From Xylographa opegraphella (Eukaryota): a DNA stretch of 48,847 bases. The notes beneath the pieces were generated by a model that was given only the letters and a program-made list of their open reading frames with translations, was not told where the DNA came from and ran no database searches. The stretch lies in the NCBI GenBank assembly GCA_022813865.1, contig JALDZX010000092.1, positions 1 through 48,847 of the forward strand, written 5' to 3'. Below are positions 24,129 to 36,600 of the stretch, in pieces (the stretch's first letter is position 1; every line of letters begins with the position of its first letter). The translations under genes were made by a program, and so were the position numbers.

Positions 24129-25151
24129 CGTCAAATGGCTATGCTTAGGCAGAAAACCGTCGTGTTCAACTATATTGTCGAGCAGCAGTAATCGATGTTG
24201 TAGTTGAGAGCAACGAATGACATGGAAATGCAGGCATGTGAGAGGAGGAGATCGAATCCTTCTCAGTGACGTGTGCTGCAACACGGAAGCCTGCTCCACA
24301 ATGGACCATTTTTATGTACACTACGTCAGGGCAAGCTGCTGAAGCTTGCTCACGAGCCACTTTCACGGGAGCTAGTCTTAGCGAGCTTTAGTTGCTGAGG
24401 CTGAAGGTGCCTAACCTAAAACATCAAAGTGAACGGATAAGGCCATTTCGGGGAGGATAATATGCAATCATGTCTGTGATCAACGACATGTTTATTGCAG
24501 TGTAGCTGCTCTAAGGATGAGGGGGGCCCAAATTCAACTTCGGCCGCTAGTGACGCGCAACGATCCGCTCCGATCAGTACAATATTCCCTCTTTCGGTTT
24601 AGCTTCCCCGCGGCCTTGGCTTTCCACAACGCTGCATATTAAGCGAGAGGTCCCCTCACGCTGGATCACCTGGTTCCACAGGCATTGCTGGAGGCACCAG
24701 AGTAATTCGCCGATTCGCCATGGGGTCAGCGCACTTTTTACCTTTGGGAGGTACCTCAAATCAGAGCTCACGTCCACGACATTTAATGGCCGTTCAGGAC
24801 TCGTTAGCGCTTCACTCGGAGAATGGAGGACATGAAATCGTCGCAGACATCTGAATAATTCGCCGTTTGGCGAACTACCATTTCTCTCAATCCCCTTGGG
24901 GACTTCAGGACCGAACCACTAAACGTGCGATCGACGTCTTTCCAACCGGGCTTTTCGTGAAGCCCAGGGCATCCATGGTCCGTTATCACTGAGCGATAGG
25001 GGAGGATAGCTTTGACGCTAAGGTCGAATAAAAATCCTGGGACCGAGACTACCCGAACGCCCAATCATGGTCCAAGGTTTTTGTTGATACAACGTCTTTA
25101 AAATTATTGAACACTTTATGCCCACCCTCATCATTTGCAATTGACCAACCA

Positions 25152-26966
25152 ATGTACAGACCTGTTAACAAGTTAACGTATATAAGGACCAAACGTACAA
25201 TTCGTCATTTCTACAACACCAGACTACTCCACGGTTCATCAGTTGACAGACGAAATATGGCGACTACATCGTTATCCCCTGCGCCCTCTACAGGGTGCTA
25301 CGATACAACGCTCTCCACCGGAGCTCGCAAATATCTCAAATCCTATGGCCTGACACCACCCGCCGTCGAAAGCTATGAGATTCAGGCGAAAAGGTGTTTA
25401 GCGCAACTGCAGTCCAAGACGACCCCCATCGATAAATACCTATATCTGAGTGGTCTCCGAAACGCAAATGTTCACCTCTTTTACCGCTTGGCAATCGACC
25501 ATATGAAGGCGCTGACCCCCTTGATATACACACCAGTGGTTGGCGAAGCATGCCTTAAATGGTCTCAGATTTATTTACAACCGGAGGGCCTTTACCTTTC
25601 ATTTGCAGATAAAGGTCATATCTCGACGGTCTTGCACAATTGGCCGCAGAACCATGTTGAGATAACAGTTGTCACGGATGGATCACGCATACTTGGACTG
25701 GGGGATCTTGGGATAAATGGAATGGGTATTCCAGTAGGAAAGCTTGCACTCTACAGTGCTTGCGGAGGGATTAGACCAGATGCTACTCTACCATTGACGC
25801 TTGACTTGGGTACCGGCAATAAGGCTTTTAGAGAGGATCCTCTATATATGGGTAGCAGAAGGGGCAAAGTCACTGCAGAGGAGGAGGCCGAATTCCTGGA
25901 CGAGCTAATGGAAGCGCTTATTGAAAGATGGCCCGGAATAGTCATACAATACGAGGACTTCAAGAACCCCTTTCCTTCACTCGAACGCTACACGGGGAGA
26001 TATAGCATGTTTAACGATGATATTCAGGGGACAGGTGCTGTCATTCTGGCTGGCATTATTAATGCTGTCAAGCGGAACGGTGTCGCCATTAAAGATCAAA
26101 GAGCGGTTCTTATGGGAGCTGGGAGCGCGGCAGTGGGAGTGGCGAAGCAGATTGTTCAGTTCTTCATACAAGAAGGTTTGTCCGAGGATGAGGCCCGACA
26201 ATGTTTTTGGCTTGTAGATACGAAAGGACTGGTCACGAATGACCGTGGAGATAAGCTGGCAGATCACAAGACTTACTTTTCCCGCAAGGACAACGACGCG
26301 AAGCAATACAAGACACTATCTGAAGTGGTGGAAAATGTCAAGCCTACAATTCTCATGGGCTTGTGTACGATAGGAGGCATCTTCGATGCCGGAATCCTGA
26401 AAAAAATGGGACAATGGAACAAACATCCCATCATCTTTCCTCTTTCAAATCCTTCTGATAACTCCGAATGTAATTTCGAAGATGCTATGAAATACACCGA
26501 TGGGAGGGTGCTTTTCGCGTCCGGAAGTCCATTTGACTCTGTTGAGTTTGAGGGGAAATCGATCACTCCCGGCCAAGGAAACAACATGTACGTATTTCCC
26601 GGCATTGGGCTGGGAACTATACTGTCAAAAGCGACCACTGTCACACAATCGATGATATATGCTTCAGCTACGAGCCTTAGTACTAGCCTCAACAAGCAAG
26701 AGGTCTCTGATGGGTGGCTGTATCCCGAGATTGGGCGCATTCGGGACGTCAGCGTTGTGGTTGCGATGGGAGTGATCAGGGCTGCACAAGAAGCTGGAGT
26801 GGACCGCGAAGTCCGCATCAAGAACATGGGCGATGAAGAACTGGAGAAGTGGGTGAGGTCAAAAATGTACGATCCACACAGCGAAACAAAAGTCATCGAA
26901 GATGAAGTGAGTGGAATGGCTGGGGGTGATCAGCAGGGACTGAGTACTGAGAAATCCCATTTGTGA
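25152..26966 (+). CDS. Malic enzyme (NAD(P)-dependent malate dehydrogenase, decarboxylating), intronless; alternative in-frame start at 25257
   Basis: Motifs PLIYTPVVGEAC, VVTDGSRILGLGDLG, GIPVGKL, IQYEDF, FNDDIQGTG, GAGSAAVG, IIFPLSNP and GQGNNMYVFPGIGLG. Confidence 0.96.
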   Translation: MYRPVNKLTYIRTKRTIRHFYNTRLLHGSSVDRRNMATTSLSPAPSTGCYDTTLSTGARKYLKSYGLTPPAVESYEIQAKRCLAQLQSKTTPIDKYLYLSGLRNANVHLFYRLAIDHMKALTPLIYTPVVGEACLKWSQIYLQPEGLYLSFADKGHISTVLHNWPQNHVEITVVTDGSRILGLGDLGINGMGIPVGKLALYSACGGIRPDATLPLTLDLGTGNKAFREDPLYMGSRRGKVTAEEEAEFLDELMEALIERWPGIVIQYEDFKNPFPSLERYTGRYSMFNDDIQGTGAVILAGIINAVKRNGVAIKDQRAVLMGAGSAAVGVAKQIVQFFIQEGLSEDEARQCFWLVDTKGLVTNDRGDKLADHKTYFSRKDNDAKQYKTLSEVVENVKPTILMGLCTIGGIFDAGILKKMGQWNKHPIIFPLSNPSDNSECNFEDAMKYTDGRVLFASGSPFDSVEFEGKSITPGQGNNMYVFPGIGLGTILSKATTVTQSMIYASATSLSTSLNKQEVSDGWLYPEIGRIRDVSVVVAMGVIRAAQEAGVDREVRIKNMGDEELEKWVRSKMYDPHSETKVIEDEVSGMAGGDQQGLSTEKSHL

Positions 26967-27649
26967 GGGGTTCCGCACATAAACAGTTTCAGATTTGGCG
27001 ACGGTATATTGCCCTTGACTACTAGCATTCAACAATAATGTGCCACGAGCGAGTGTTTTTTTTCTAGATTTTCGGACTCCATACTAGAGTGACTCTATCG
27101 ATACATCTAGCTGCGGAAATCACCGACCTTCGCATTATTGAACGATGATGCATGTGCCTCAACATTTTGCCTTCGCGCGTACTGAAACCGCGCAATACTT
27201 TGAAAGATCTCGCAGACAGAGTTCGTCCATTTTTTATTTCCTTTATCCACGGAAGTATTATGTACTAATATTGTATTTCGTGTTCCGATGTGAAGTCAAG
27301 TGGCCGAGGTGCGGGAACCGCACCCCTGCTCAGCTGAAAGTCGAGTGCTGCACCCAACCTCCCCCAGCAGAGCATACACAACCCCATGTTCATACTTCCA
27401 TTGTTACCTACGTACACACTTGAACGTGCTGTTCAGCTTCATCTCCTGTTCCTCTCATATACCAGTTCACATTTAAGTTGCTGCGAGGTACGGTGATTTA
27501 AGGGCCGCATTATCCGACTTGAGCTTGATTGGTAGGCTATCTAGCCTGGTTAGTCTATTTCACTCAAGTGAGTTGTCCCGCATATCAACAAATCAGCGTC
27601 AACCCCAGCGCATTCACTTGAGCAAAATTTTTGTGGCGGCATTGCTATC

Positions 27650-30600
27650 ATGTGGAACCGAGCCCTTGGTCTATCTAATGAAAAGCGTGAAACATCATCT
27701 CCCAGCTCTGGCAGGCGCAAGAACGACGATGAGAAACGCCCCGAGCGGAAACGAACTACGTCTACTCGAAAATCATCTGGGACTGAAGAAAAGGATCGCA
27801 GAATCGACACCGAATCTATGACCCCCTCTTCGTCCTCCCGCGCTCCGTATTCTGAAGGCGCCGCCGCATCGGTTGCATCGAGCTATGCGACTGCTCCGAG
27901 TAACAATCCCGACCAAACTATTTTACCACCACAACTGGTAGGAAACGCCAATTTGCCAAGCGAAATGCTCAAGTCGCAGAGTGGACGCGAAGAGACAAGC
28001 CGAGACAATGACCTTGAGAGGGAGAAAGCAAGGAAAAGGGATCGCTCAACGAGTCGCAACCGGAAGGAAGGCAGGCAAAACCGCTCGCGGAGTCGTGACA
28101 GGGAGGAAAGGAGACGGGAAAGGAAGGAAAGGAGAGAGAAGAGACAAGACAGGCATGGTCCGAAAGAAAGTGGGTCGAAAAAATCTGAAAGCGATTACCA
28201 GAGGACAAGCAGAGCTGGAGAGGCCATGAATGGTAGTGGAGGTTTCAGTGCACAAGTTGGGGCTTCTGGTTTCACACAGTTTCCTGGTCAATTTGATGGA
28301 AGCGTGCCCGGATTTCCTGGCGGACCAACACACCTTCCGCACATATCAGATCATGTTCCTGATCAGTTCCCTGGACAGTTTCCAACCGGTTCAAGTGCTC
28401 CGTATCGTCCACCTTTGTCTGTAGAACAAGGTGGTCCTGGTCTGGCAGCCGACTACTATGGGGATGCCGGCGAATCTGTTGCAACCCAGCCGGGAGTCCG
28501 CCCTCAGGCACCAACTTTGATAGTCGGCGCCCAACCCCATCTGATGGCCGCTTCTCCTGTCGAAGCTCCACCTATCGAGCCGAGTTTGACAGGTGGCGTA
28601 GGTGCTGCAGCTTCCTTTTTCAGTGGTGCTACATTTGAGTCTCAGTCAGCAACGCCGAAGCACGATCAGCCGTCAGGACGACCAACAAGTGTCCTACCGG
28701 GAGCGCCACCTCAACCGCCTTATTCCAGTCAGCCTAGCAGTTTTGCACTCCCATCTGCCTCGATTGGAGCTGCAGCGCTCGGGTATATTGCATCAACGCA
28801 TGGAGAAACTCCCCATGGTCATGTTCAAGGATCCGCTGGCTCATTCCCTCCACAAGTTTCTACAATGCCACCACCAACCACATATCCCACGACCTCAATG
28901 CCGTCGAATAATAACAATCACTCTTCATCCGAACCGATTATTCCAACTCTTGGATCTGCTGCAATAGGAGCTGCAGCAGGTTACATGATGGGAAGTCACC
29001 CTTCGCAACAACAACCGATCAACCCGACCTTACCTTCTCAAGGCCCTGCTAATTATAGGCCTTCCAACGCCCAACATCCTCCGCAGCCAATGTACCACCA
29101 ACAGGGCTCATACCCAGTATACGATCCGCTCCCACAGCCAGGTAAGCAATCCCCGTCCTCATCTAACCTTCCACTTTATGCAGCCGGGGCGCTCGGAGCT
29201 GCCGGCTTAGCAGCCGCCGCTTATCACCACGAACACCAAGATACGGCTCAGAATTCGTATACAGGCCAGTCTCAGCCATCAGCCTTCATGCCACAGCCAC
29301 ATCGACATCGTGGCCCATTGTCAAAACTTGTCGACTTCTTCAGGGACCCTGAGGGAGTAGCACAATTTGAGGAGTACTCGGAGTATATTGGTGTTTGTCG
29401 ATATTGTTTTGCCCCGGGCTCTTCACCCCGTGACGCCCCTCGAAAACACTACTATCGTCGAAAACGGTCAAATGAGCGTCTTGGAGCTAGCATACGCGTT
29501 GATAAGGAGAGTCGTTATTCATCGTCGGATGGAGAAAGCCGTCGGAAAAATAAAAACAGCTCGTGGATTGCTTCGGGTATCGCGGGTATAGGATTAGCGA
29601 ATGTTGGCAAAAGCCTCTTCGCGTCTAACCACGACTTCGATGATACTTACAGTGTCCGCTCTGGTCGCCTGAATCATTCAACAGCCTCAATCGATGGTCG
29701 TCGCTATAATAGCTCTCCCAATCAGAAAAGCAGCATTTCCCATGGCATTGTCACAGAACCCTCCAATGTGCACTCTACTTACAACCAAAAACGGCGTTCC
29801 ACCTATAAAGAGCATGAGACAGGTATTGGTGAAGCAGCACTCGTGGCAGCTATGGGGGCGGCTTCGATGGCAGAGTCCAGCTCTAGGAAGCGCAGTAGAT
29901 CGCCTCGAGGTACCTTCGTTGAAAGCAAAACGCGGAACACAGAGCGTGATTACACCCACTTACCAGAACAGATACGGAGAGATCGCACAAGTCATCCACC
30001 GAGATCTGCGTATATTGAAGTAACAGCACGCGGTGATTACAATGAAAAGGGTCGGGACATTCGGAAAAAGAAGGAGAAGAAGAAAAATGCTGGCTTTTTC
30101 AATTTTGCAAACTCCTCGTCCTCAGACACGAATCACGTCGCGCACACTGGATCTGATCGTTCAAAGGCCAAGAAATCTTCCAGAACAAAGATCAAGGATC
30201 ATAATGATGCAAACGCCGCTTTGATGGGACTAGGGGCAGCCACTGCAGCACTTGCAGCTGCTGAGGGCCGAAAAGGTGACAAAAGAAAACGTAGATCTGA
30301 TGTTGTTGCTGTCAAGGAAGTCAAAGTGAAGGATAGTCGGAGGTCTGATGAAAGACGAACAGATCCACAACAACCTATATATTCAAACATGGAAGAGGCT
30401 CAATGGGAATCGGCACCGGAAGATATTGGGTACTCCAGCGCTGACTCTGCATTGGCGTATGGAGTGTCACGGCGAAGCAGCAACGATTCTTTGCATTCAA
30501 ATTCTTCCGGTACAGAGAAATGGGGCTGGCGTTGGGGTAGTGGTAGTAGCAAGAGAAAGGAGAAATTGAAACGTGAAAAGCATTCCACAGATACCATTGT

Positions 30601-33600
30601 TGGAGTTGCCGCAGGTCTAGCGGGCGCTGTGGCAGAGGCTCCGGTTCATGCTAACGAAGATCCGCGTCTTGCTGCACGAAGCAGTGACAGCAGTCTCCCG
30701 CCTCTTCAATACGTTTACCCTATTGCTACCTCTGATCCTTCTCACTATGATGTTATGAGGCATGATTCAGCGACGTCTGGCAACCAGCCTGTAAGGACAT
30801 CAAGACCAGCCGCAATTCCATTACAACAACCACAGCCAATTATGCCTGTATCATCAGTGATATATGCAACCCAAGCACCATACGACCACTCTTATAGTGC
30901 ACCCGCTGGTCCTCCAGTCTTCTCTCAGCCACCACTGACGTCCTCCTTTGTTCCAGGATATGGGTTGTACAACGGCTATGTCGATTTCAGGCAAGGCTTT
31001 GCACCTTTACAACATCCTCCAGAACAGACAGTGATGGCTACCGCGTCACAAGCTATTGCAAGTGAACGAGAGCTACAACGACAAGAAAGCTCACCTGCAC
31101 CAGAAATCATCTATATTGAGCCAAAGCAGCCCAAGCGCCCATCCACACATGATGATATGTCTGCAGTCCGCTTTGCACTAACCGAGGAACAAAAAAATAA
31201 AGAATTTCGGGATCGGGAGCGCCATCGGGAACACGAACGCGAAGGGAAAAACTCGGACTTGTCAATGCGAGACGATTATGTCAACAACGATATCAGTACT
31301 AACTCTAAGCCACGAAGATCACGTAAAGGTTCACGATCTACTGGTAATTCGAGAAGAGACGAACAAATTGATTCAGTAGTGAATAGCTTCAAGGAGTCAG
31401 AAAGCAGTCCTACGATGCAAAAGAATGGCAATGCTTGGGTCGTTCCGACGCTTGTTGGAGTGGCAGCCGCCGCCATAGGAGCTGCTGCAACTGAACATTC
31501 ATCAGGTCGAGGTGATCTACGCGACGCACGAAGAAAGGCGGAGCCAGTTGAGTACGAGGATCCAATAGTGGCTGAAGATAACCAAGAACGACTTTCCGAT
31601 CGAGAAGATGAAGGCCAGGTCAGTCATGACGAACGTCAGAAAGCATTGGCGAGAAAAGCAGCTGCGTTAGTAAAGAGAACGCCCAGTCCTGCCCATCAAG
31701 ACTATTCATCTTTTTTTGCTCCTACTGAATTTTTATCCAAATCGAAGACGAACACTATGGTGGATGACAGCAATGGAGGGAATGACATTACAAGTCACCC
31801 GGTACCAGAGATTGTCACCAACGAACCCTTTGATCAACGAGGTTTTTCCACTTCGGTTCCTTACACGTTCCTGGGTGCTGACAACGAAGTTTACATCGAT
31901 CCCAATTTTATGAGACTGCCATGGCAGGTCCCAAAACTAAACCTCATCAAGCCGACACCCCCAGCTAGTATGGCAGGATCTGTTCGAGGCGATGCCTCGC
32001 CTATTTTACGACCAGAAACTGTACACGCCTCAGAGGATGAAGAACATCAGCAATCAGGGGAAGACCCAAAGCGTACGAAAGTGACGTTTGGCGAGTCAGA
32101 AACTCATGAGTACGAAGTTGTCACTCCCGAGGACCATTGTGAGGAATTCATCAGAGACTATTCTGATGATCGGACCACTGAGCAGGAAAAGCCTATAGAC
32201 CATGTCGTTCCCGCTACTTTGACTCAAGGTACGGAATCGCCAGTCGAAGAGATCACCCGAGATCATGTTCCAGGCGAGTTTGGTGACGATCTCGATTTCG
32301 CTGCCACTTTAGCTGCCGGTCTTCAAGGTAGTGGCTTTGATCCCTCTATTGTTATCGATAATCCAACATACCGGAGACGAGACTCACCACCAGGATCCGA
32401 GGATATGGACTTCCGTCGAAAACCTTTCTTTGAGGCCGCGGAAGACTTGAGTCTAATTACTCCCGGTCCAGAGATCGCTCCACCACAGCACGGCTTTGTG
32501 GAGGGTGAATTACCACTCACACCGCAGGATGAGCTATTAACGGAATTCATTCGACCAACAGAGGATGGTAGGCACAATTCTGAGGTTCTGCTTACTGAAG
32601 CTAAGACTGATGTAGTTCCGAATGGTGACATGAAGCTATCACGGAAGGAAGATGAATTTAGAGAAGCTGGTCACCATTCTGAAGTACCACATATCATCGA
32701 AGTTGTTCCTAGGACAGCCCTCGACAAAAAGACTGAATCTCCAGTTGACCAAAGACCTCATACGAATGAGCCGTCACCAAATTTCACTGATGACAAGGAT
32801 GAATTTCAAGATGCATCGGAATTCGCTTCGATCGATCATGGGAGTAGTACAATGCCTGATACTCGGTCTGAAGCTGGTGATGCACTGGAAGCGCAAGCGG
32901 ACTCTGTCTCTACAAAAAAGCGTAGTAAGAAGTCAAAAGGTCGCGCAAAACTTCAAGATCAAGATATTTACGACACTCCAGATGATGACACTATTTCAAA
33001 TGCAGTCACAGCTCCAGTTCCCGTAGAATATGGAGATCAGAAGAGATCGAAGAAAAAGTCGAAGCGTAAGACCTCCGAGTACAACGATGCAACTTCGGTA
33101 GTATCATCTCCGGCCGCTTTTGAAACAGAGAAGGATATCAATGATGAATTGGGAAATGGCATTTCAGCTCCTATACCCAGCGCTATGGATACTATGAACA
33201 AATCTACAGATCAACGTATGGAAAGAGAATCCGGTAAACCTAGGGAGGCTACTTCGGATGATTTTGAGGACCCCAAAAAGAAAAGCAAAAAGTCGAAGGG
33301 TGGTAAGCACAAAGCCGACGAGGACTGGTTTAAAGTAGATGTTTCTGAAGGTATATCCGAGTCGTCTAGGGTTGAAGAAGAAGGAAGCCAAAGCCAAGCA
33401 TCAAGCAGTAAGAGAGAAAAACGTAAGAAGAACGGAAGGAGAAATGGAATTGAAGATTCAGGTATGGTCACCCAGGGAATACCGGCTGAGGTAGATATGC
33501 CCAATCTCCTGTACATGCGATCACTAATTTAAGTAGGATGGTAAATTGGACGAAGAAAATGATAAGATATCTCTTCAGTCTCTTGATGATCCCGATCCCG

Positions 33601-36600
33601 ACCGAGGTATATCAAGATCCAACCAATTAGATCAACCATTGTCTTTTTTAGGGATGCGCCGGGAGTTAACGGAACCACCTGACATAACCAATACACATGA
33701 TTATGGGAGCACGGTCAGGAGAATATCTAGTGAAGAGACATTTAGAGACGCAATTAGGTCAAAAATTATCGAAGAAGGATTACCACCTTTACCAGCGAGC
33801 CGTCCTACATCTCCCACCGTGGTTGGCAGTACTGGTGATCTTCCATCACTACCACCCAGTCGGACTACATCTCCTGTAGCTACTCCTGGCGGACAAAGGC
33901 GCCGCCACTCCGTGCTACAGCTAGCGGAGTCAAGCCACCAAGGGTCTTCACCCTCACCTACAGCAGTGCCCCTTATGTTTCGTAGGTTTCCTTCTTCAAC
34001 TGGAGTCAGCCGATCCAACCCTTCAAGTCCTGGACAATCTCCACGTACTGTAGTACCATTCAGTCCTCGTCAAAGGCAAGGCCGCCCGCTGTCAACAGAA
34101 TTCAAGTCGTCTACAGAGTTCCGGCCATTATGGCTTGTTGAACGTCATAATCCTTCTAGGCGTGGCCAGGGACCGGAAGTAGCAGAAGAAAGTTATCCTT
34201 CTCTTCCATCCAGTCATTCAACATCAAGGGCTTCCTCTGTACATGATCCTCGTATCGAGGATTCGGATGAGACCCATAGAAACGATGCATCTGACAAGGA
34301 CATCACAGAGCCTGAAGAGTCCCCATTTGCCTTTGGACATAAATCCGATCATACAGATGATTTCCTTGACTCCCAACAACCCACTCCGACACGGGACTCC
34401 TTCTTCAACGAGCTGGAGACTGGATCGGTCGACCCCGTGCAGCAACTACCAAAACTACCAAGTCAATCAGTGAACTTCACTCCACATGAGGACAGCCTAA
34501 ATCTAGACTTGCTTGAACACAAGGGATATTTTCCGGGGAACCTACCTTCGCTTCCACGGAGCAGAGAATCTTCGCCTTATGGGGAGACTTCGAGAGGTGA
34601 TGATTTCTCGACTGCTAAAGGAGTTGCAATTGGTGCTATGGCTACGGGCGCTCTTGCTACGTTACTGGACTCGACATCTCGTTCTGATAAAGTTCATGAG
34701 CTTAATGAAAGCAGTGTGGAGAAGCTGGAGCCTGAAAATAGCTTTCATGTATCAAGGGCGGAAAATTCAAGGTCCGAACCGGACTCGCTCGTTCCCAGTG
34801 ACACTTTTGAGGCCTTCGCAACAACGAAGGAGAAAAAGAAAAAAGACAAGAAGCAGCGAAAGGTAGCAACGATAGCAACTGCCGACAGAAAGAATCCAGA
34901 CGACGTACAACTTTTCGAAACTACTAGGGTTGATACAGGACTGCATGATGCTCAAGTTGAGAATGATCGACTGGAACGAAATGAGGCCAATACCACTTTG
35001 TTTTCATCAACGCCATCCAAGAAATCCAAAAAAGACAAAGGCAAGAGCAAGAGCCTCACCATCGACGCGCCCGGCGTTGATGATTCGCAGTCAGAACGGA
35101 CTGCCAGAGTCGATAGTCAAGCTCAACGACATGAGACTGGTTCTAACGATGGTGAGGTTCAACCAAAGCTGGATAAGGAACTCCTGATGTTGAGTGAAAG
35201 TGCGGTAGGAAGTGTAGCTGTGGCTGCTACTGTTGCTGCTGTTGCTACTGAAGCTATTCTAAACCCAGAAAGCTCGGACATTCCCGCAGTACCCATTCTA
35301 CCACTCGAGAGCAACGATTGGCCCAATTTCAGTGCTAAGTCAAAGAAAGGCAAGAAACAGAAGGGGAAAAAGACATTGGAACACTTTGAAGAACAGCTTC
35401 TTGTGTCAGCATCAAGTGTCCAAGAGGTCAAAGACCTCGACTTCGGGACTCGAGATTCTGAGGAAGTCAAGGAAGCGGATGTAGTCGACATACCTTCGAG
35501 CAAGAGGTCAAAGAAAGCTAAGAAGAATCGGAAATCTGATCTCAATCGGGGTTCTGAGGAAAATCTAACTACGGAGACTGATCAGGGCATGGCTGTTGTC
35601 GCACCGAAGGACATCGAAATGCATACCAATCTCGCCGAGATGCCAGAGATAATGGATCGAGGCACAATGCCTGATGATGGACTTGGTTCGGTAGAGCCTA
35701 TACACACTGGAAAGCTAATACCAGAAACGATTGCGCTACCAGCAGACGATGATCTAGATCTGCTTCCCGCTTTGCCTCCGGATAGCCCATTATCGGAGCT
35801 CAAAGTTCCCAAAGTTGTCAATCGGGAGTTATTGCTGGAGAATGAAACTGGAGATGGCAAACTCGATACAGTGAAGCCCGGGCATGCTGAATTACTATCA
35901 CCAAAGGCCGTTGCGCTACCAGCAGATGATGATCTAGACCTGCTTCCTGCTTTGCCGTCGGATAGCCCTTTGTCAGAGCCTCAGATTGTTTCTGTATTCG
36001 TGACTGAGAAGAGAGACTTGTTGGACGAGCGTACTTCGATGGAGGATATTGCAAGGATGACCTCAGCTTACGGTCCCACCACAGTAGGCAAGACCCATCT
36101 ATCCAGTGATCTAACGGAAAGCCCTATGCCTGATGTGGAGAGATCGTCTACGGGCGACAGAGGAGCATTTGTTGAGTCTTCTGATGCACAAGAAGCATCT
36201 GCTGAGGGATCTCATGAACAGTTCTCATTTCAAGAACCAGCTGTTGAAGTTGATGAGCCGCCAATGATGCGTGCCCCTGTTCTAGAAAATTCCGGCCACG
36301 AGCAAAAGGTTGATCTAGAGCGAAATCATCTGTCCAAAGGTGCTGTCGAGGAACAGGAGCCTGATGGCTCTGGCAGCCGTACCTCACAAATGGAGCTCAC
36401 AAAGCATCAATTGGTTGAGAAGACAAGGGATACGAGCGATGTCGTTATACCTTCAACCAATAATATTACCGATTCCCTCCAGACTACCATTGGCGAAGCA
36501 CCTTCCCCTTACGAGCAGACTTCTAGTACAAGTTACCATACACCGGCTCAAGACCCGGAAATAGCTGCCAGCTATCCTGATGATGTCCTAGACGAAAACG

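Noticed and set aside
27488..27600. Possible 5'-UTR introns of the leashin-like gene (GTACGG at 27488, GTGAGT at 27568)
   Set aside because: The donors look plausible, but branch sites and acceptors cannot be fixed without transcript data.
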